NCBI RefSeq assembly: GCF_000196355.1
Contig: NC_007614.1
Coordinates: 390,001-422,000, forward strand
DNA length: 32,000 nucleotides
From: Nitrosospira multiformis ATCC 25196
GTDB taxonomy: Bacteria; Pseudomonadota; Gammaproteobacteria; Burkholderiales; Nitrosomonadaceae
Reading direction: 5' to 3'
The notes beneath the pieces are model-generated. The model saw only the letters and a list, made by a program, of their open reading frames with translations, was not told the DNA's origin and made no database searches. Shown in pieces: positions 1 to 8,320 of the stretch (within the stretch, counting starts at the first letter, position 1; the number at the start of each line of letters is the position of its first letter). A program made the position numbers and the translations under genes.

Positions 1-942
1 ATGGCCGCGGCAACTGCCTACAGTTCTCATGGCGTGCAGATGATCCCGTTCTACATTTACTATTCGATGTTCGGCTTCCAGCGCGTGGGGGATCTTTGCT
101 GGGCGGCGGGAGACATGCGCTGCCGCGGCTTCCTGCTGGGGGGCACTGCCGGCCGCACCACACTGAATGGCGAGGGATTGCAGCATGAGGACGGTCACAG
201 CCATCTGGCGGCATCGACTGTTCCCAATTGCATATCCTATGACCCGACCTTTGCCTACGAACTCACGGTCATTATCCGGGATGGCCTGCGCCGCATGTGC
301 GAAATGCAGGAGGATGTCTATTACTACATCACAGTGATGAACGAAAACTATTCGCATCCGGAAATGCCTGCAGGGGCGGAAGAAGGAATTCTGAAAGGCA
401 TGTACCTGTTCCGTGAAGGCAAGCCGGCAGGAGAAAAGGATTCCGGGTTGCGTGTTCAATTGCTCGGGTCCGGCGCCATTCTGCGCGAGGTGATTGCTGC
501 GGCTGAAATACTGGAGGAGGAATTCGGTGTGACGGGTGATATCTGGAGTGTAACCAGCTTTACCCAGTTGAGACGCGAAGCGCTGGCGACAACGCGCTGG
601 AACATGCTGCACCCCACAGAACCGGCAAGGCTGTCGCACGTCGGCACGTGTCTCAAGGACCGGGAAGGTCCAGTGGTGGCGGCTACGGACTACATGAAGA
701 TTTTTGCCGACCAGATACGTGAATTTATTCCGGGGCGATACAAGGTGCTGGGTACAGATGGATTCGGACGTTCCGATACGCGCGAGCAATTGCGCCGCTT
801 CTTCGAGGTCGACCGCCATTACATTACGATAGCCGCTCTGAAAGCGCTGGCCGAAGATGGCAGAATCGAGGCGGAAAGGGTGGCGCAGGCCATGGGCAAA
901 TTCGGCCTCGATCCTGATAAACCCAATCCGATGACCATATAA
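1..942 (+). CDS. aceE: Pyruvate dehydrogenase E1 component, C-terminal 313 aa (5'-truncated by window edge)
   Basis: The ORF is open from base 1. Its sequence (...GLQHEDGHSHL...GTDGFGRSDTREQLRRFFEVD...) is typical of the C-terminal part of homodimeric AceE. It sits directly upstream of an E2 gene. Confidence 0.95.
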   Translation: MAAATAYSSHGVQMIPFYIYYSMFGFQRVGDLCWAAGDMRCRGFLLGGTAGRTTLNGEGLQHEDGHSHLAASTVPNCISYDPTFAYELTVIIRDGLRRMCEMQEDVYYYITVMNENYSHPEMPAGAEEGILKGMYLFREGKPAGEKDSGLRVQLLGSGAILREVIAAAEILEEEFGVTGDIWSVTSFTQLRREALATTRWNMLHPTEPARLSHVGTCLKDREGPVVAATDYMKIFADQIREFIPGRYKVLGTDGFGRSDTREQLRRFFEVDRHYITIAALKALAEDGRIEAERVAQAMGKFGLDPDKPNPMTI

Positions 943-1163
943 GAAGGCGGCAGTGAACTTTTGGGCGCGGAGAAGGCTAGACAACAGGACCGGAGCGCTG
1001 CGTCGTTTGACCTTGTTCTTCATTGAGCCGCCAATTGCAAATTGGAACTGGGGGAACGGCGAACTGCACTACCAGGAGTCGGAGCGCTTGAAAGGCGGGA
1101 TCCTCCTGCTGTGATCATTTCGTTGTGGAAAGCCGGGATTATCTAATACGAGAAGGAAGAGGC

Positions 1164-2516
1164 GTGGCGGAGACTAAACAGGTATTGATTCCCGATATTG
1201 GCGACTTTAAAGACGTTCCCATAATAGAAGTGCTGGTGAAAGCCGGCGATTCGATCAAGGCGGAAGACTCCCTGATTGTGCTTGAATCGGACAAGGCCAC
1301 CATAGAAGTGCCTTCTCCTTTTGCTGGCATAATCAGAGAGTTATCCGTAAAGGTGGGCGATAAGGTATCGGAAGGTTCGCCCATCCTGACACTGGAAGCT
1401 TCAGAAGCGGAGCAAGCGCCGCCCGCTGAGCCACGAGAAGCGGCACCCGCTTCAACGCCGGCTCCCGCTCCAACCACCGCTTCTCCGGAACAGGCGCCGC
1501 GGCCGGCGACGCAACCTCGTGCGCAATCCCAATCTTCTGCGCAACCCCAATCATCGGGTTCTTCTCCACGCTCTGCATTCGTTCCTTCTCCGATAGATGA
1601 AGCTACGTTTGCGAAGGCACACGCCAGTCCTTCGGTTCGACGCTTTGCGCGCGAACTTGGCGTGAATCTGGGGCTGGTAAAGGGTAGCGGTGCCAAGCAG
1701 CGCATTCTCAAGGAAGATGTGCAGTCTTTTGTCAAGACTGAACTCTCCAAGCCAAGGGGTAGCGGGACCGAGCTCAATCTGCTGCCCTGGCCTCAACCCG
1801 ATTTTGCGAAATTCGGTCCCGTGGAATTTAAGCCGCTATCGCGGATCAAAAAAATATCCGGAGCGAATCTGCACCGCAACTGGGTCATGATTCCACACGT
1901 GACGCAGTTCGACGAAGCGGATATTACCGAGCTGGAAACCCTGCGCAAGGAAACAAACGAATCTTCAAAAGAAGAAGGGGTGAAAGTTACTCTGCTCGCG
2001 TTTCTCCTGCGGGCTTCGATAGCGGCCCTAAAGAAGTTTCCCGAGTTCAATGCCTCGCTGACCAGTGAAGGTGATGAAATGAATCTCGTGGTCAAGAATT
2101 ATTACCATCTCGGCTTTGCAGCGGATACACCTCATGGACTGGTGGTCCCCGTGATTCGGGATGTGGAAAAGAAAGGGGTCATCGCCATTGCCAAGGAAAT
2201 GTCTGATCTCGCAGCTTCGGCGCGGGCAGGCAAACTCAAGCCCACCGATATGCAGGGGGCGAGTTTTACCATTTCCAGCCTCGGGGGCATCGGCGGCACT
2301 GCGTTCACGCCCATTATCAATGCGCCGGAAGTGGCGATTCTCGGTGTCTCGCGCGCAGTGATGAAGCCTGTTTATCGGGATGGCGAATTTGTCCCGCGCC
2401 TGATGCTGCCATTATCCCTTTCCTATGATCATAGAGTAATCGACGGGGCGACAGCAGCGCGCTTTACGACGCACCTGGTCGAAGTGCTGGCTGATCTGCG
2501 TCGTGTGCTGTTGTAA
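1164..2516 (+). CDS. aceF: Dihydrolipoamide acetyltransferase (E2) of pyruvate dehydrogenase. It has a single lipoyl domain, a Pro/Ala-rich linker, an E3-binding domain and a catalytic domain.
   Basis: Lipoyl-lysine motif LESDKATIEVPS. PSBD-like segment SPSVRRFARELGVNL. Catalytic motif SLSYDHRVIDGATAARF. I prefer the GTG at 1164, which follows GAAGGAAGAGGC and gives M-AETKQVLIPDIG, over the track start at 1125. Confidence 0.93.
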   Translation: MAETKQVLIPDIGDFKDVPIIEVLVKAGDSIKAEDSLIVLESDKATIEVPSPFAGIIRELSVKVGDKVSEGSPILTLEASEAEQAPPAEPREAAPASTPAPAPTTASPEQAPRPATQPRAQSQSSAQPQSSGSSPRSAFVPSPIDEATFAKAHASPSVRRFARELGVNLGLVKGSGAKQRILKEDVQSFVKTELSKPRGSGTELNLLPWPQPDFAKFGPVEFKPLSRIKKISGANLHRNWVMIPHVTQFDEADITELETLRKETNESSKEEGVKVTLLAFLLRASIAALKKFPEFNASLTSEGDEMNLVVKNYYHLGFAADTPHGLVVPVIRDVEKKGVIAIAKEMSDLAASARAGKLKPTDMQGASFTISSLGGIGGTAFTPIINAPEVAILGVSRAVMKPVYRDGEFVPRLMLPLSLSYDHRVIDGATAARFTTHLVEVLADLRRVLL

Positions 2517-2620
2517 AACACAGATTATTCATGGAAAGCGGGGAAGGCAAGTGAAGACAGCTGCCGGCTTTTTTGTCCGCTTGAGCAGCTTCGCATGACC
2601 AGCGTTGTTCCCGCCCGATA

Positions 2621-3301
2621 ATGAATGATTTCCCCGTTTCTCCGGTTGGTGTTTTTGGAGGTACCTTCGATCCCGTTCACTATGGGCACTTGCGAATCGC
2701 CGAAGAAATTGCCGAGCTGGTAGGGTTGAGGGAAATGCGTTTTGTTCCTGCCGGAATTCCCCGGCTACGCCGCGGTCCGGAAGCGTCATTGGAACATAGG
2801 GTGGAAATGGTCCGCCGGGCCATCGATGGAAATTCCCGTTTTATTCTCGATGAACGAGAGGTAGTACGCGGGGGGGTGAGCTACAGCGTGGATACGTTGC
2901 GCGAACTCAGGCAGGAACTGGGGAAGGATATCGTACTCTGCTTCGTTACGGGAGCCGATGCATTCATAAGGCTGGCCGAGTGGCACAGGTGGCGGGAATT
3001 GTTCGGGTTATGTCACTTCATTATTGCTGCTCGCCCCGGTCATCTGCTTTCCGCGGAGAACAGACCGTCGCCCGCAGCGCTGCCGCAGGAATTGGAAGAG
3101 GAATGCAGGGAGCGCTGGACGTCGAGTGCAGAGATTCTTAAATATGCACCCGGGGGCTTGATCTTTACTGCGCAGACGACATTGCTGGATATTTCGGCAA
3201 CGGCCATTCGCAAACGTGTCGCCTCAGGGAAAAGTATCCGTTATCTGGTTCCCGAGAGTACTCGGGATTATATTGCTGCTAATGATCTGTATCGGGAATA
3301 A
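2621..3301 (+). CDS. nadD: Nicotinate-nucleotide adenylyltransferase
   Basis: N-terminal GVFGGTFDPVHYGHL (HxGH nucleotidyltransferase motif) and a C-terminal ISATAIR motif. The nadD-rsfS-rlmH gene order is conserved. Confidence 0.9.
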   Translation: MNDFPVSPVGVFGGTFDPVHYGHLRIAEEIAELVGLREMRFVPAGIPRLRRGPEASLEHRVEMVRRAIDGNSRFILDEREVVRGGVSYSVDTLRELRQELGKDIVLCFVTGADAFIRLAEWHRWRELFGLCHFIIAARPGHLLSAENRPSPAALPQELEEECRERWTSSAEILKYAPGGLIFTAQTTLLDISATAIRKRVASGKSIRYLVPESTRDYIAANDLYRE

Positions 3302-3303
3302 CG

Positions 3304-3780
3304 ATGACGCCGGCCAAATTGATAAAAACCGTTGTTGCGGCGCTGGACGAAATCAAGGCGCGTGACGTGGAAGTACTCGATGTCAAAAAACTGACAGCCT
3401 TGTTCGATCGGATGATCATCGCCAGCGGCGATTCCACGCGGCAGACACGGGCAATCGCGAACAATGTGGTCGAGAAAGTCAAGGCGGCGGGTGGCATGGT
3501 TTACGGTGTGGAAGGCGAAAATAACGGGGAATGGATATTGGTTGATCTCGGCGACGTGCTGGTGCATGTCATGCAGACCGCGGTGCGCGCCCATTACAAT
3601 CTTGAGGAGTTGTGGGCACACGCTGCCAGGATCAACAAAATATCCGAAAACACGAGCAGGAAGAAGCCGGTCGCAAGACCGCCTGTCGCTGAAGAAGGGG
3701 AGACAGGACCTGTGACTCCTGCGAAGACCAGAAAAGCCAGAGTCAGCCGAGCGAAGACCAATCCGGATGACGAGAGGTAA
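3304..3780 (+). CDS. rsfS: Ribosomal silencing factor RsfS with a ~45-aa basic, low-complexity C-terminal extension
   Basis: The core ...DVEVLDVKKLTALFDRMIIASGDSTRQTRAIANNV...WILVDLGDVLVHVMQ...R..YNLEELW is typical of RsfS/IojAP. The start lies 2 nt after the nadD stop. Confidence 0.85.
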   Translation: MTPAKLIKTVVAALDEIKARDVEVLDVKKLTALFDRMIIASGDSTRQTRAIANNVVEKVKAAGGMVYGVEGENNGEWILVDLGDVLVHVMQTAVRAHYNLEELWAHAARINKISENTSRKKPVARPPVAEEGETGPVTPAKTRKARVSRAKTNPDDER

Positions 3781-3868
3781 AGGAAATATGGGAGCGAGCG
3801 CCAAGTTCCCCGCGTGGGCGTCTCTCGAACAAACTCTTCCCGGAGCATTGGATAGGCGTGTTTTCAGA

Positions 3869-3899
3869 ATGAAATTCCTTGTCGCATGAAATTCCTCGT
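3869..3899 (+). repeat. Tandem duplication (17-nt period) of the rlmH start: ATGAAATTCCTtGT at 3869-3882 and ATGAAATTCCTcGT at 3886-3899
   Basis: Read directly from the sequence. The two copies match at 13 of 14 positions. The first copy opens a mini-frame whose TGA overlaps the rlmH ATG (ATGA). Confidence 0.8.
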
Positions 3900-4356
3900 T
3901 TATGCGGTGGGACATAAAATGCCGGAGTGGATTGCCGCGGGTTTTCAGGAATATGCCAAACGGATGCCACGTGAGGCGAATATCGAGCTTCTGGAAATCA
4001 AGCCTGAGAGACGGGATAGCGGAAAAAAAGTGGAACAGCTGCTGGCCGCCGAGGGCGCACGTATCCGTGCGCTGCTGCCTTCCAATTGTCGGCTTGTGGT
4101 AATGGACGAGCGCGGGAGCCAATGGACTACCGCCGGTTTGGCCCATGCCATTGGCAGTTGGATGAAGGATGGAGGTGACACCGCGTTCCTCATTGGCGGT
4201 GCCGACGGGCTAGATCCGGCCCTCAGGAATGCGGCGGATGAAGTCCTGGCGTTATCTGCCCTGACACTTCCTCATGGGCTGGTTCGAATTCTGCTGGCGG
4301 AACAACTCTACCGCGCGATATCGCTGATCAAGGGTCATCCTTATCATCGCGCATAA
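3886..4356 (+). CDS. rlmH: 23S rRNA (pseudouridine1915-N3)-methyltransferase RlmH (SPOUT family)
   Basis: It is 156 aa, the typical RlmH length. It begins [22 protein letters not shown] and ends ...FLIGGADGL...[31 protein letters not shown]. Confidence 0.9.
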   Translation: MKFLVYAVGHKMPEWIAAGFQEYAKRMPREANIELLEIKPERRDSGKKVEQLLAAEGARIRALLPSNCRLVVMDERGSQWTTAGLAHAIGSWMKDGGDTAFLIGGADGLDPALRNAADEVLALSALTLPHGLVRILLAEQLYRAISLIKGHPYHRA

Positions 4357-4407
4357 AAAATAACAATGTAACAGAAGTAACTGCGCTCCCGTAAGCATTC
4401 ACTCCGC

Positions 4408-5031
4408 ATGACTTTTGTGGAAAATCGCATCTATCTTGCTTCCCGCAGTCCCCGCCGGCAGGAATTATTAAAGCAGATCGGCGTGGACTTCATGGTTTTA
4501 CCGTTGCGCGAAGCTTTGCCCCGGATACCGGATGTGGATGAAACTCCGCTGCCGCAGGAGTCGCCGCCGGAGTATGTCGAACGGATTGCGCGCGTTAAAG
4601 CGGAAACGGGGCGAAAGCGGATGAGTGAGCGAGGTTGGGCAGATTTCCCGGTTTTGGGAGCGGATACAGCGGTGGTATTGAACGGCAGGATTTTTGGCAA
4701 GCCCGAAAATCCCCTCCATGCAAAGCAAATGCTGCGGGCCTTGTCCGGCCAGATTCATGAGGTTTTGACGGCGGCTGCCGTGGCAGCGGGAAATGGAACC
4801 CGGGTTTGTCTGTCCAGATCGAGTGTCCGATTCCGCAATCTCGGCGAGCAGGAAATCGATCATTACCTCGCTTGTGACGAGGCATATGACAAGGCAGGCG
4901 CTTATGCAATTCAGGGCAGGGCAGCGGTTTTTATCTCGGGGATTTCCGGCAGTTATAGCGGTGTCGTCGGATTGCCACTGTTTGAGACGGCGCAATTGCT
5001 TGAAGAATCCGCTATAAGAATATTTCAGTGA
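4408..5031 (+). CDS. maf: Maf-family nucleoside triphosphate pyrophosphatase (septum formation inhibitor-like)
   Basis: N-terminal IYLASRSPRRQELLKQIGV, then GADTAVVLNGRIFGKP and KAGAYAIQG motifs. The maf-rng gene order is conserved. Confidence 0.85.
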   Translation: MTFVENRIYLASRSPRRQELLKQIGVDFMVLPLREALPRIPDVDETPLPQESPPEYVERIARVKAETGRKRMSERGWADFPVLGADTAVVLNGRIFGKPENPLHAKQMLRALSGQIHEVLTAAAVAAGNGTRVCLSRSSVRFRNLGEQEIDHYLACDEAYDKAGAYAIQGRAAVFISGISGSYSGVVGLPLFETAQLLEESAIRIFQ

Positions 5032-5055
5032 GCCGCAATAAAAGCCGGATCTCTT

Positions 5056-6507
5056 ATGTCTTGTGAAATTCTTATCAATGTTACCCCCCAGGAAACGCGT
5101 GTCGCGGTGGTCGAGCATGGCGCCGTCCAGGAACTGCACATAGAGCGCACCAGCAATTGCGGCATAGTGGGCAATATATATAACGGGCGCGTAATCCGGG
5201 TGCTGCCGGGGATGCAATCCGCTTTCGTGGATATCGGTCTCGAACGGGCTGCTTTTCTCCACCTCGCTGATATCTGGCGCTTGCGGCAGAGTGAAGACGC
5301 TGATAAACCGATTGAACAGCTGTTATACGAAGGAAAAAATATCCTCGTCCAGGTTATCAAGGATTCAATCGGTGCCAAGGGTGCCCGCCTGTCGACTCAG
5401 GTCAGTATTGCGGGCCGTTTGCTGGTTTATCTGCCCCAAGTATCGCATATCGGCATTTCCCAGCGCATCGAAGATGAAACCGAACGGAAGTCGTTGCGTG
5501 AAAAACTGAAACATTTGTTGCCAGCCGCGGAAGAGGGAGGATTCATTATCCGTACCGTGGCGGAAGCGGCAAGTGAACAGGATCTGCAAACGGATATCGA
5601 GTACTTGCACAAGCTATGGCGCGATATCAAGGAAAAATCCCTGATTTCCCAGCCGGCCTTACTGTATCAGGACCTGAATCTGAGTTTCCGCGTCTTGCGC
5701 GACTTCATCAGTGATGATACGACTCGCATTCTGGTGGATTCGCGGGAAACTTTCCAGAAGATGGCGACCTTTGCACGAGTGTATATGGCCAACGTAGTGG
5801 AGCGCCTCGATCATTATGCGGGGGAGCGCCCTTTGTTCGAGTTGTATGGGGTGGAAGATGAAATCGAGAAAGCCCTGGCGAGGCGTGTCGACCTGAAGTC
5901 CGGGGGTTATTTGATCATTGATCAGACCGAGGCGCTTACCACCATCGATGTAAATACTGGGGGATTCATCGGCGTACGCAGTTTTGACGATACCATTTTC
6001 AAAACGAATCTCGAAGCGGCCCAGGTCATTGCGCGCCAACTCCGTCTTCGAAATCTGGGAGGCATTATCATTATCGACTTCATAGATATGGAGAGCGCGG
6101 AACACCAGAATGCCGTTCTCAGCGAATTCAAGAAGTCGTTGATGAAAGACCGGACTCACATGACGGTGAACGGTTTCACCGCCCTCGGACTCGTGGAAAT
6201 GACGCGCAAGCGGACGCGGGAGAGTCTGGCGCACATTTTGTGTGAAACCTGCCCGACTTGCCAAGGCCGCAGCAAAGTCCGGACGGCCCAGACCATGTGC
6301 TATGAAATCCTAAGGGAACTGCTGCGGGAATCCCGTCAGTTCGATGCGCGTGAATTCCGCATTGTGGCTTCACAGCAGGTAATCGATCTGTTTCTCGACG
6401 AAGAATCCCAAAGCCTGGCGCAACTTGCCGATTTTATCGCCAAACCCATCAGTCTTCAGGTGGAGGGGACGTATACCCAGGAACAATATGACCTGATTCT
6501 CATGTAG
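5056..6507 (+). CDS. rng: Ribonuclease G (RNase E/G family, short form)
   Basis: At 483 aa it has the size of RNase G and is far shorter than RNase E. It has an S1-like N-terminus (ILINVTPQETRVAVVE...GNIYNGRV.RVLPGMQSAFVDIG), the catalytic-core motifs TEALTTIDVNTG and IIIIDFIDM, and the zinc-link motif CxxCxG (CETCPTCQG). Confidence 0.9.
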   Translation: MSCEILINVTPQETRVAVVEHGAVQELHIERTSNCGIVGNIYNGRVIRVLPGMQSAFVDIGLERAAFLHLADIWRLRQSEDADKPIEQLLYEGKNILVQVIKDSIGAKGARLSTQVSIAGRLLVYLPQVSHIGISQRIEDETERKSLREKLKHLLPAAEEGGFIIRTVAEAASEQDLQTDIEYLHKLWRDIKEKSLISQPALLYQDLNLSFRVLRDFISDDTTRILVDSRETFQKMATFARVYMANVVERLDHYAGERPLFELYGVEDEIEKALARRVDLKSGGYLIIDQTEALTTIDVNTGGFIGVRSFDDTIFKTNLEAAQVIARQLRLRNLGGIIIIDFIDMESAEHQNAVLSEFKKSLMKDRTHMTVNGFTALGLVEMTRKRTRESLAHILCETCPTCQGRSKVRTAQTMCYEILRELLRESRQFDAREFRIVASQQVIDLFLDEESQSLAQLADFIAKPISLQVEGTYTQEQYDLILM

Positions 6508-7321
6508 CAGGTTTCACGGCAATAATCCCCTGGGGTCCGCTCCCTGAATATTCATTTTCTATCCCGGGCAGGCCGTTTCCTGTTTCCGGAAGGTTCCTTT
6601 TTATATCCTCTGTGATAACGTCATAGAGCGGCCGCAGGTTGGGTCTCATACCTTTTATCGTTCCACTGACACTCATCATTGAGGGAACGCGTATACCATG
6701 ATGCTCGACGGGGGGACCGATGAACTTAAGGTCGAACCCGAGTTTGGCGAAATGCAGTGCAAGGCGCTCTTCAGTCAGAATGAACAAAGTCTCGATTTTA
6801 TGCAGGCGCGCCAGTTCGAAGGTACCTAAATAAAGGCTGATTGGAATGTAAGGAAAGCGCCGAGATTGTGCTACTCCGAAATCTTCATCCGCGATGTCGA
6901 TCGCTTTGCTCGCCTCGCCTTTACGTCTTCGGTAACTGGCAACGACAGCCAGACGTGATACCTCTGCGATATGATGGCGGGGTAACAGCGCGGGATCGAT
7001 AATCGACCGGTCCAATGTATCAGCGCAGGTTATCTCAAAGGGTAAAGGATAATCAGGATCCTTCGGCCGGGGAGAGATTATGCGCGCGCAGCCAATGAAC
7101 TCTTGTGTCTGGACATTGCGTAACAAAAAGTGTAGCGAGTCAATATCATACTCATCGCTTTCTCGCCTATCCCGCTGAAGGGGCTCAAATTTGAGATCCT
7201 CGCAATAAACCTCATGCCGGATCCGGTGAACCTCATCTTTTAATTCGTCCGAAAACGCGGGTACGATTTCAAAGTACCTCTTGAATGCATGACCCAGATC
7301 AAGTATTTCGGTTAGAGACAT
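6500..7321 (-). CDS. N-acyl amino acid synthase-like GNAT of the PEP-CTERM/exosortase-system-associated acyltransferase type (distantly related to FeeM and LuxI)
   Basis: The N-terminus ...FKRYFEIVPAFSDELKDEVHRIRHEVYCEDLKFEP and the central ...HIAEVSRLAVVASYRRR match my recollection of the TIGR03694-type family. The gene lies in a block with prsT and a PEP-CTERM gene. Its 3' end overlaps the rng 3' end by 8 nt in convergent orientation. Confidence 0.78.
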   Translation of the reverse strand: MSLTEILDLGHAFKRYFEIVPAFSDELKDEVHRIRHEVYCEDLKFEPLQRDRRESDEYDIDSLHFLLRNVQTQEFIGCARIISPRPKDPDYPLPFEITCADTLDRSIIDPALLPRHHIAEVSRLAVVASYRRRKGEASKAIDIADEDFGVAQSRRFPYIPISLYLGTFELARLHKIETLFILTEERLALHFAKLGFDLKFIGPPVEHHGIRVPSMMSVSGTIKGMRPNLRPLYDVITEDIKRNLPETGNGLPGIENEYSGSGPQGIIAVKPAT

Positions 7322-7450
7322 GTTTCAGCCAACGGCAGTTTTCTCTGATACTTTAGGACGAAGCGAAAATATTCCGGGTTGAGACTTTCTTGCAGGAAGT
7401 TACCCCTGTTAACACGGAAGCGAACAGGTACCATTTACGTAAAACGAATT

Positions 7451-7483
7451 AAAGGCCGGTTTCAGAGCCTTTGTTGTTTTTTT
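7451..7483. terminator. Intrinsic-terminator-like hairpin just downstream of the LolA-like gene, potentially bidirectional
   Basis: AAAGGC (7451-7456) pairs with GCCTTT (7467-7472) around a 10-nt loop. On the + strand the hairpin is followed by GTTGTTTTTTT. On the - strand it is followed by AATTCGTTTT. It starts about 30 nt past the stop of the 7502..8263 gene. Confidence 0.6.
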
Positions 7484-7501
7484 ATGAGTCTCGTGATAGC
7501 C

Positions 7502-8263
7502 CTAGTCGAGTTTCTTTAAATAATCTTTGGTGAAAACCTTATCCGGAAGATCGCGCTGTTTCATTCCCGAGTATTCGAGTACCGATTGTTCACCTGTGCG
7601 CAAGGCATCTTCCATGACAAGACGGGTTGGACGCAACGCTCCATGGAGCATCTGGAATTTCTCGTACCGGGCGGTTTTGAGTAGACGGTCGGACAGTGAG
7701 TAGAATTCCGCTCGATAAGGCCAGAAATTTGATTGCCCAACCCAATACAAAACCTTATGATAAGTCACTCCACGGTCGACCCCTGTGAGTTCCAGCACGT
7801 AATACTTTTCGCCCTCGATAACGTCTGTGCGCAAAATTTTAGCGTTGTAATCCCCGGCAAAATTTGCGCGAGCCAAGTCCCCATTTGCTACTTGGCCGGT
7901 AAGCCGCTGGGACAGGGATAGACGTACGGGCTGGGAGACTTCCGGCATGAATATCCACAGATCTCGCCCTTTCAGCAATAAAATCTGACCTCGTTCCGAA
8001 GCTGGCTCCGTGGTCATCACTACGCTATTTTCGTTACCCTTGGATAAGACCCTGTACTTGCGCCAATCTTCCGGTTGACCCGGAGCGGTTGTGTTAATGG
8101 TGACGTCGACCTGAAAACTCTCTCGCGGGAATCGTATCTGATCAGCCTTTTCCAGAATTGTTTGAGCCAGCTCAGTATCATTTGTGTCTGCTATTGCGGT
8201 TGGCACCGCAATAGCAAATAGGAGAATCACCGTTAATAAGTATTGCTCAGAATTTTTTTGCAT
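7502..8263 (-). CDS. Periplasmic LolA-like protein (annotated in this family as 'outer membrane lipoprotein-sorting protein')
   Basis: Sec signal peptide (LLTVILLFAIAVPTAIA/DT) with no lipobox Cys. The body (...IRFPRESFQVDVTINT...YRVLSKG.ENSVVMTTEP..ERGQILLLKGRDLWIFMP....PVRLSLSQRL.GQV.NGD...) resembles the LolA_like family, which usually sits beside FtsX/ABC or RND exporters. Confidence 0.7.
   Translation of the reverse strand: MQKNSEQYLLTVILLFAIAVPTAIADTNDTELAQTILEKADQIRFPRESFQVDVTINTTAPGQPEDWRKYRVLSKGNENSVVMTTEPASERGQILLLKGRDLWIFMPEVSQPVRLSLSQRLTGQVANGDLARANFAGDYNAKILRTDVIEGEKYYVLELTGVDRGVTYHKVLYWVGQSNFWPYRAEFYSLSDRLLKTARYEKFQMLHGALRPTRLVMEDALRTGEQSVLEYSGMKQRDLPDKVFTKDYLKKLD
8190..8216 (+). 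promoter_or_regulatory. Perfect 10-bp-stem inverted repeat (GCTATTGCGG / CCGCAATAGC) whose loop and 3' arm read TGGCAC-CGCAA-TAGCA. This is a sigma-54-like -24/-12 element with one mismatch, about 105 nt upstream of the ABC ATPase ATG.
   Basis: Read directly. The GG-N10-GC spacing is correct. The -12 box is TAGCA where the consensus is TTGCA. The element lies inside the signal-peptide codons (AIAVPTAIA) of the divergent LolA-like gene. Confidence 0.3.
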
Positions 8264-8320
8264 GTTCAGTTCCTATCATGAATGCCAACTACTACAGGGA
8301 TTACCGGTCGGGGGATTTTT

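Noticed and set aside
1031-1045. Palindrome CCAATT-GCA-AATTGG in the aceE-aceF spacer, considered as a PdhR/GntR-type operator
   Set aside because: The half-sites are everted relative to the PdhR box as I remember it (AATTGGT-N3-ACCAATT). The arms are short (6 bp) and there is a single occurrence, so it is compatible with chance.
1164-2516. Absence of lpdA after aceF and a single lipoyl domain in E2
   Set aside because: E3 is often encoded elsewhere, and the number of lipoyl domains varies among bacteria. It is not anomalous enough to flag.
2540-2590. Possible terminator after aceF (…CAGCTGCCGGCTTTTTTGTCC…)
   Set aside because: A T-run is present, but I could not find a stable stem immediately upstream of it. 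Only 3-4 bp pairings are available.
3268-4146. 292-aa - strand ORF, and similar long antisense ORFs at 1139-1777, 4498-5262, 5659-6264, 8522-9043, 22454-23098, 25582-26214, 27614-28132 and 29093-30124
   Set aside because: Each lies antisense to a gene with unmistakable family motifs (aceF, rsfS/rlmH, maf, rng, the ABC ATPase, prsT, rsmE, yggX, ppk). Their translations are Arg/Ser/Cys-rich and resemble no protein family I recognise. They are typical shadow ORFs of moderately GC-rich coding DNA.
7419-7433. Sigma-54-like TGGTAC-CTGTT-CGCT (- strand) upstream of the 6500-7321 acyltransferase gene
   Set aside because: The GG-to-GC spacing is 9 nt where 10 nt are required, and the -24 box is poor. 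It was not called.
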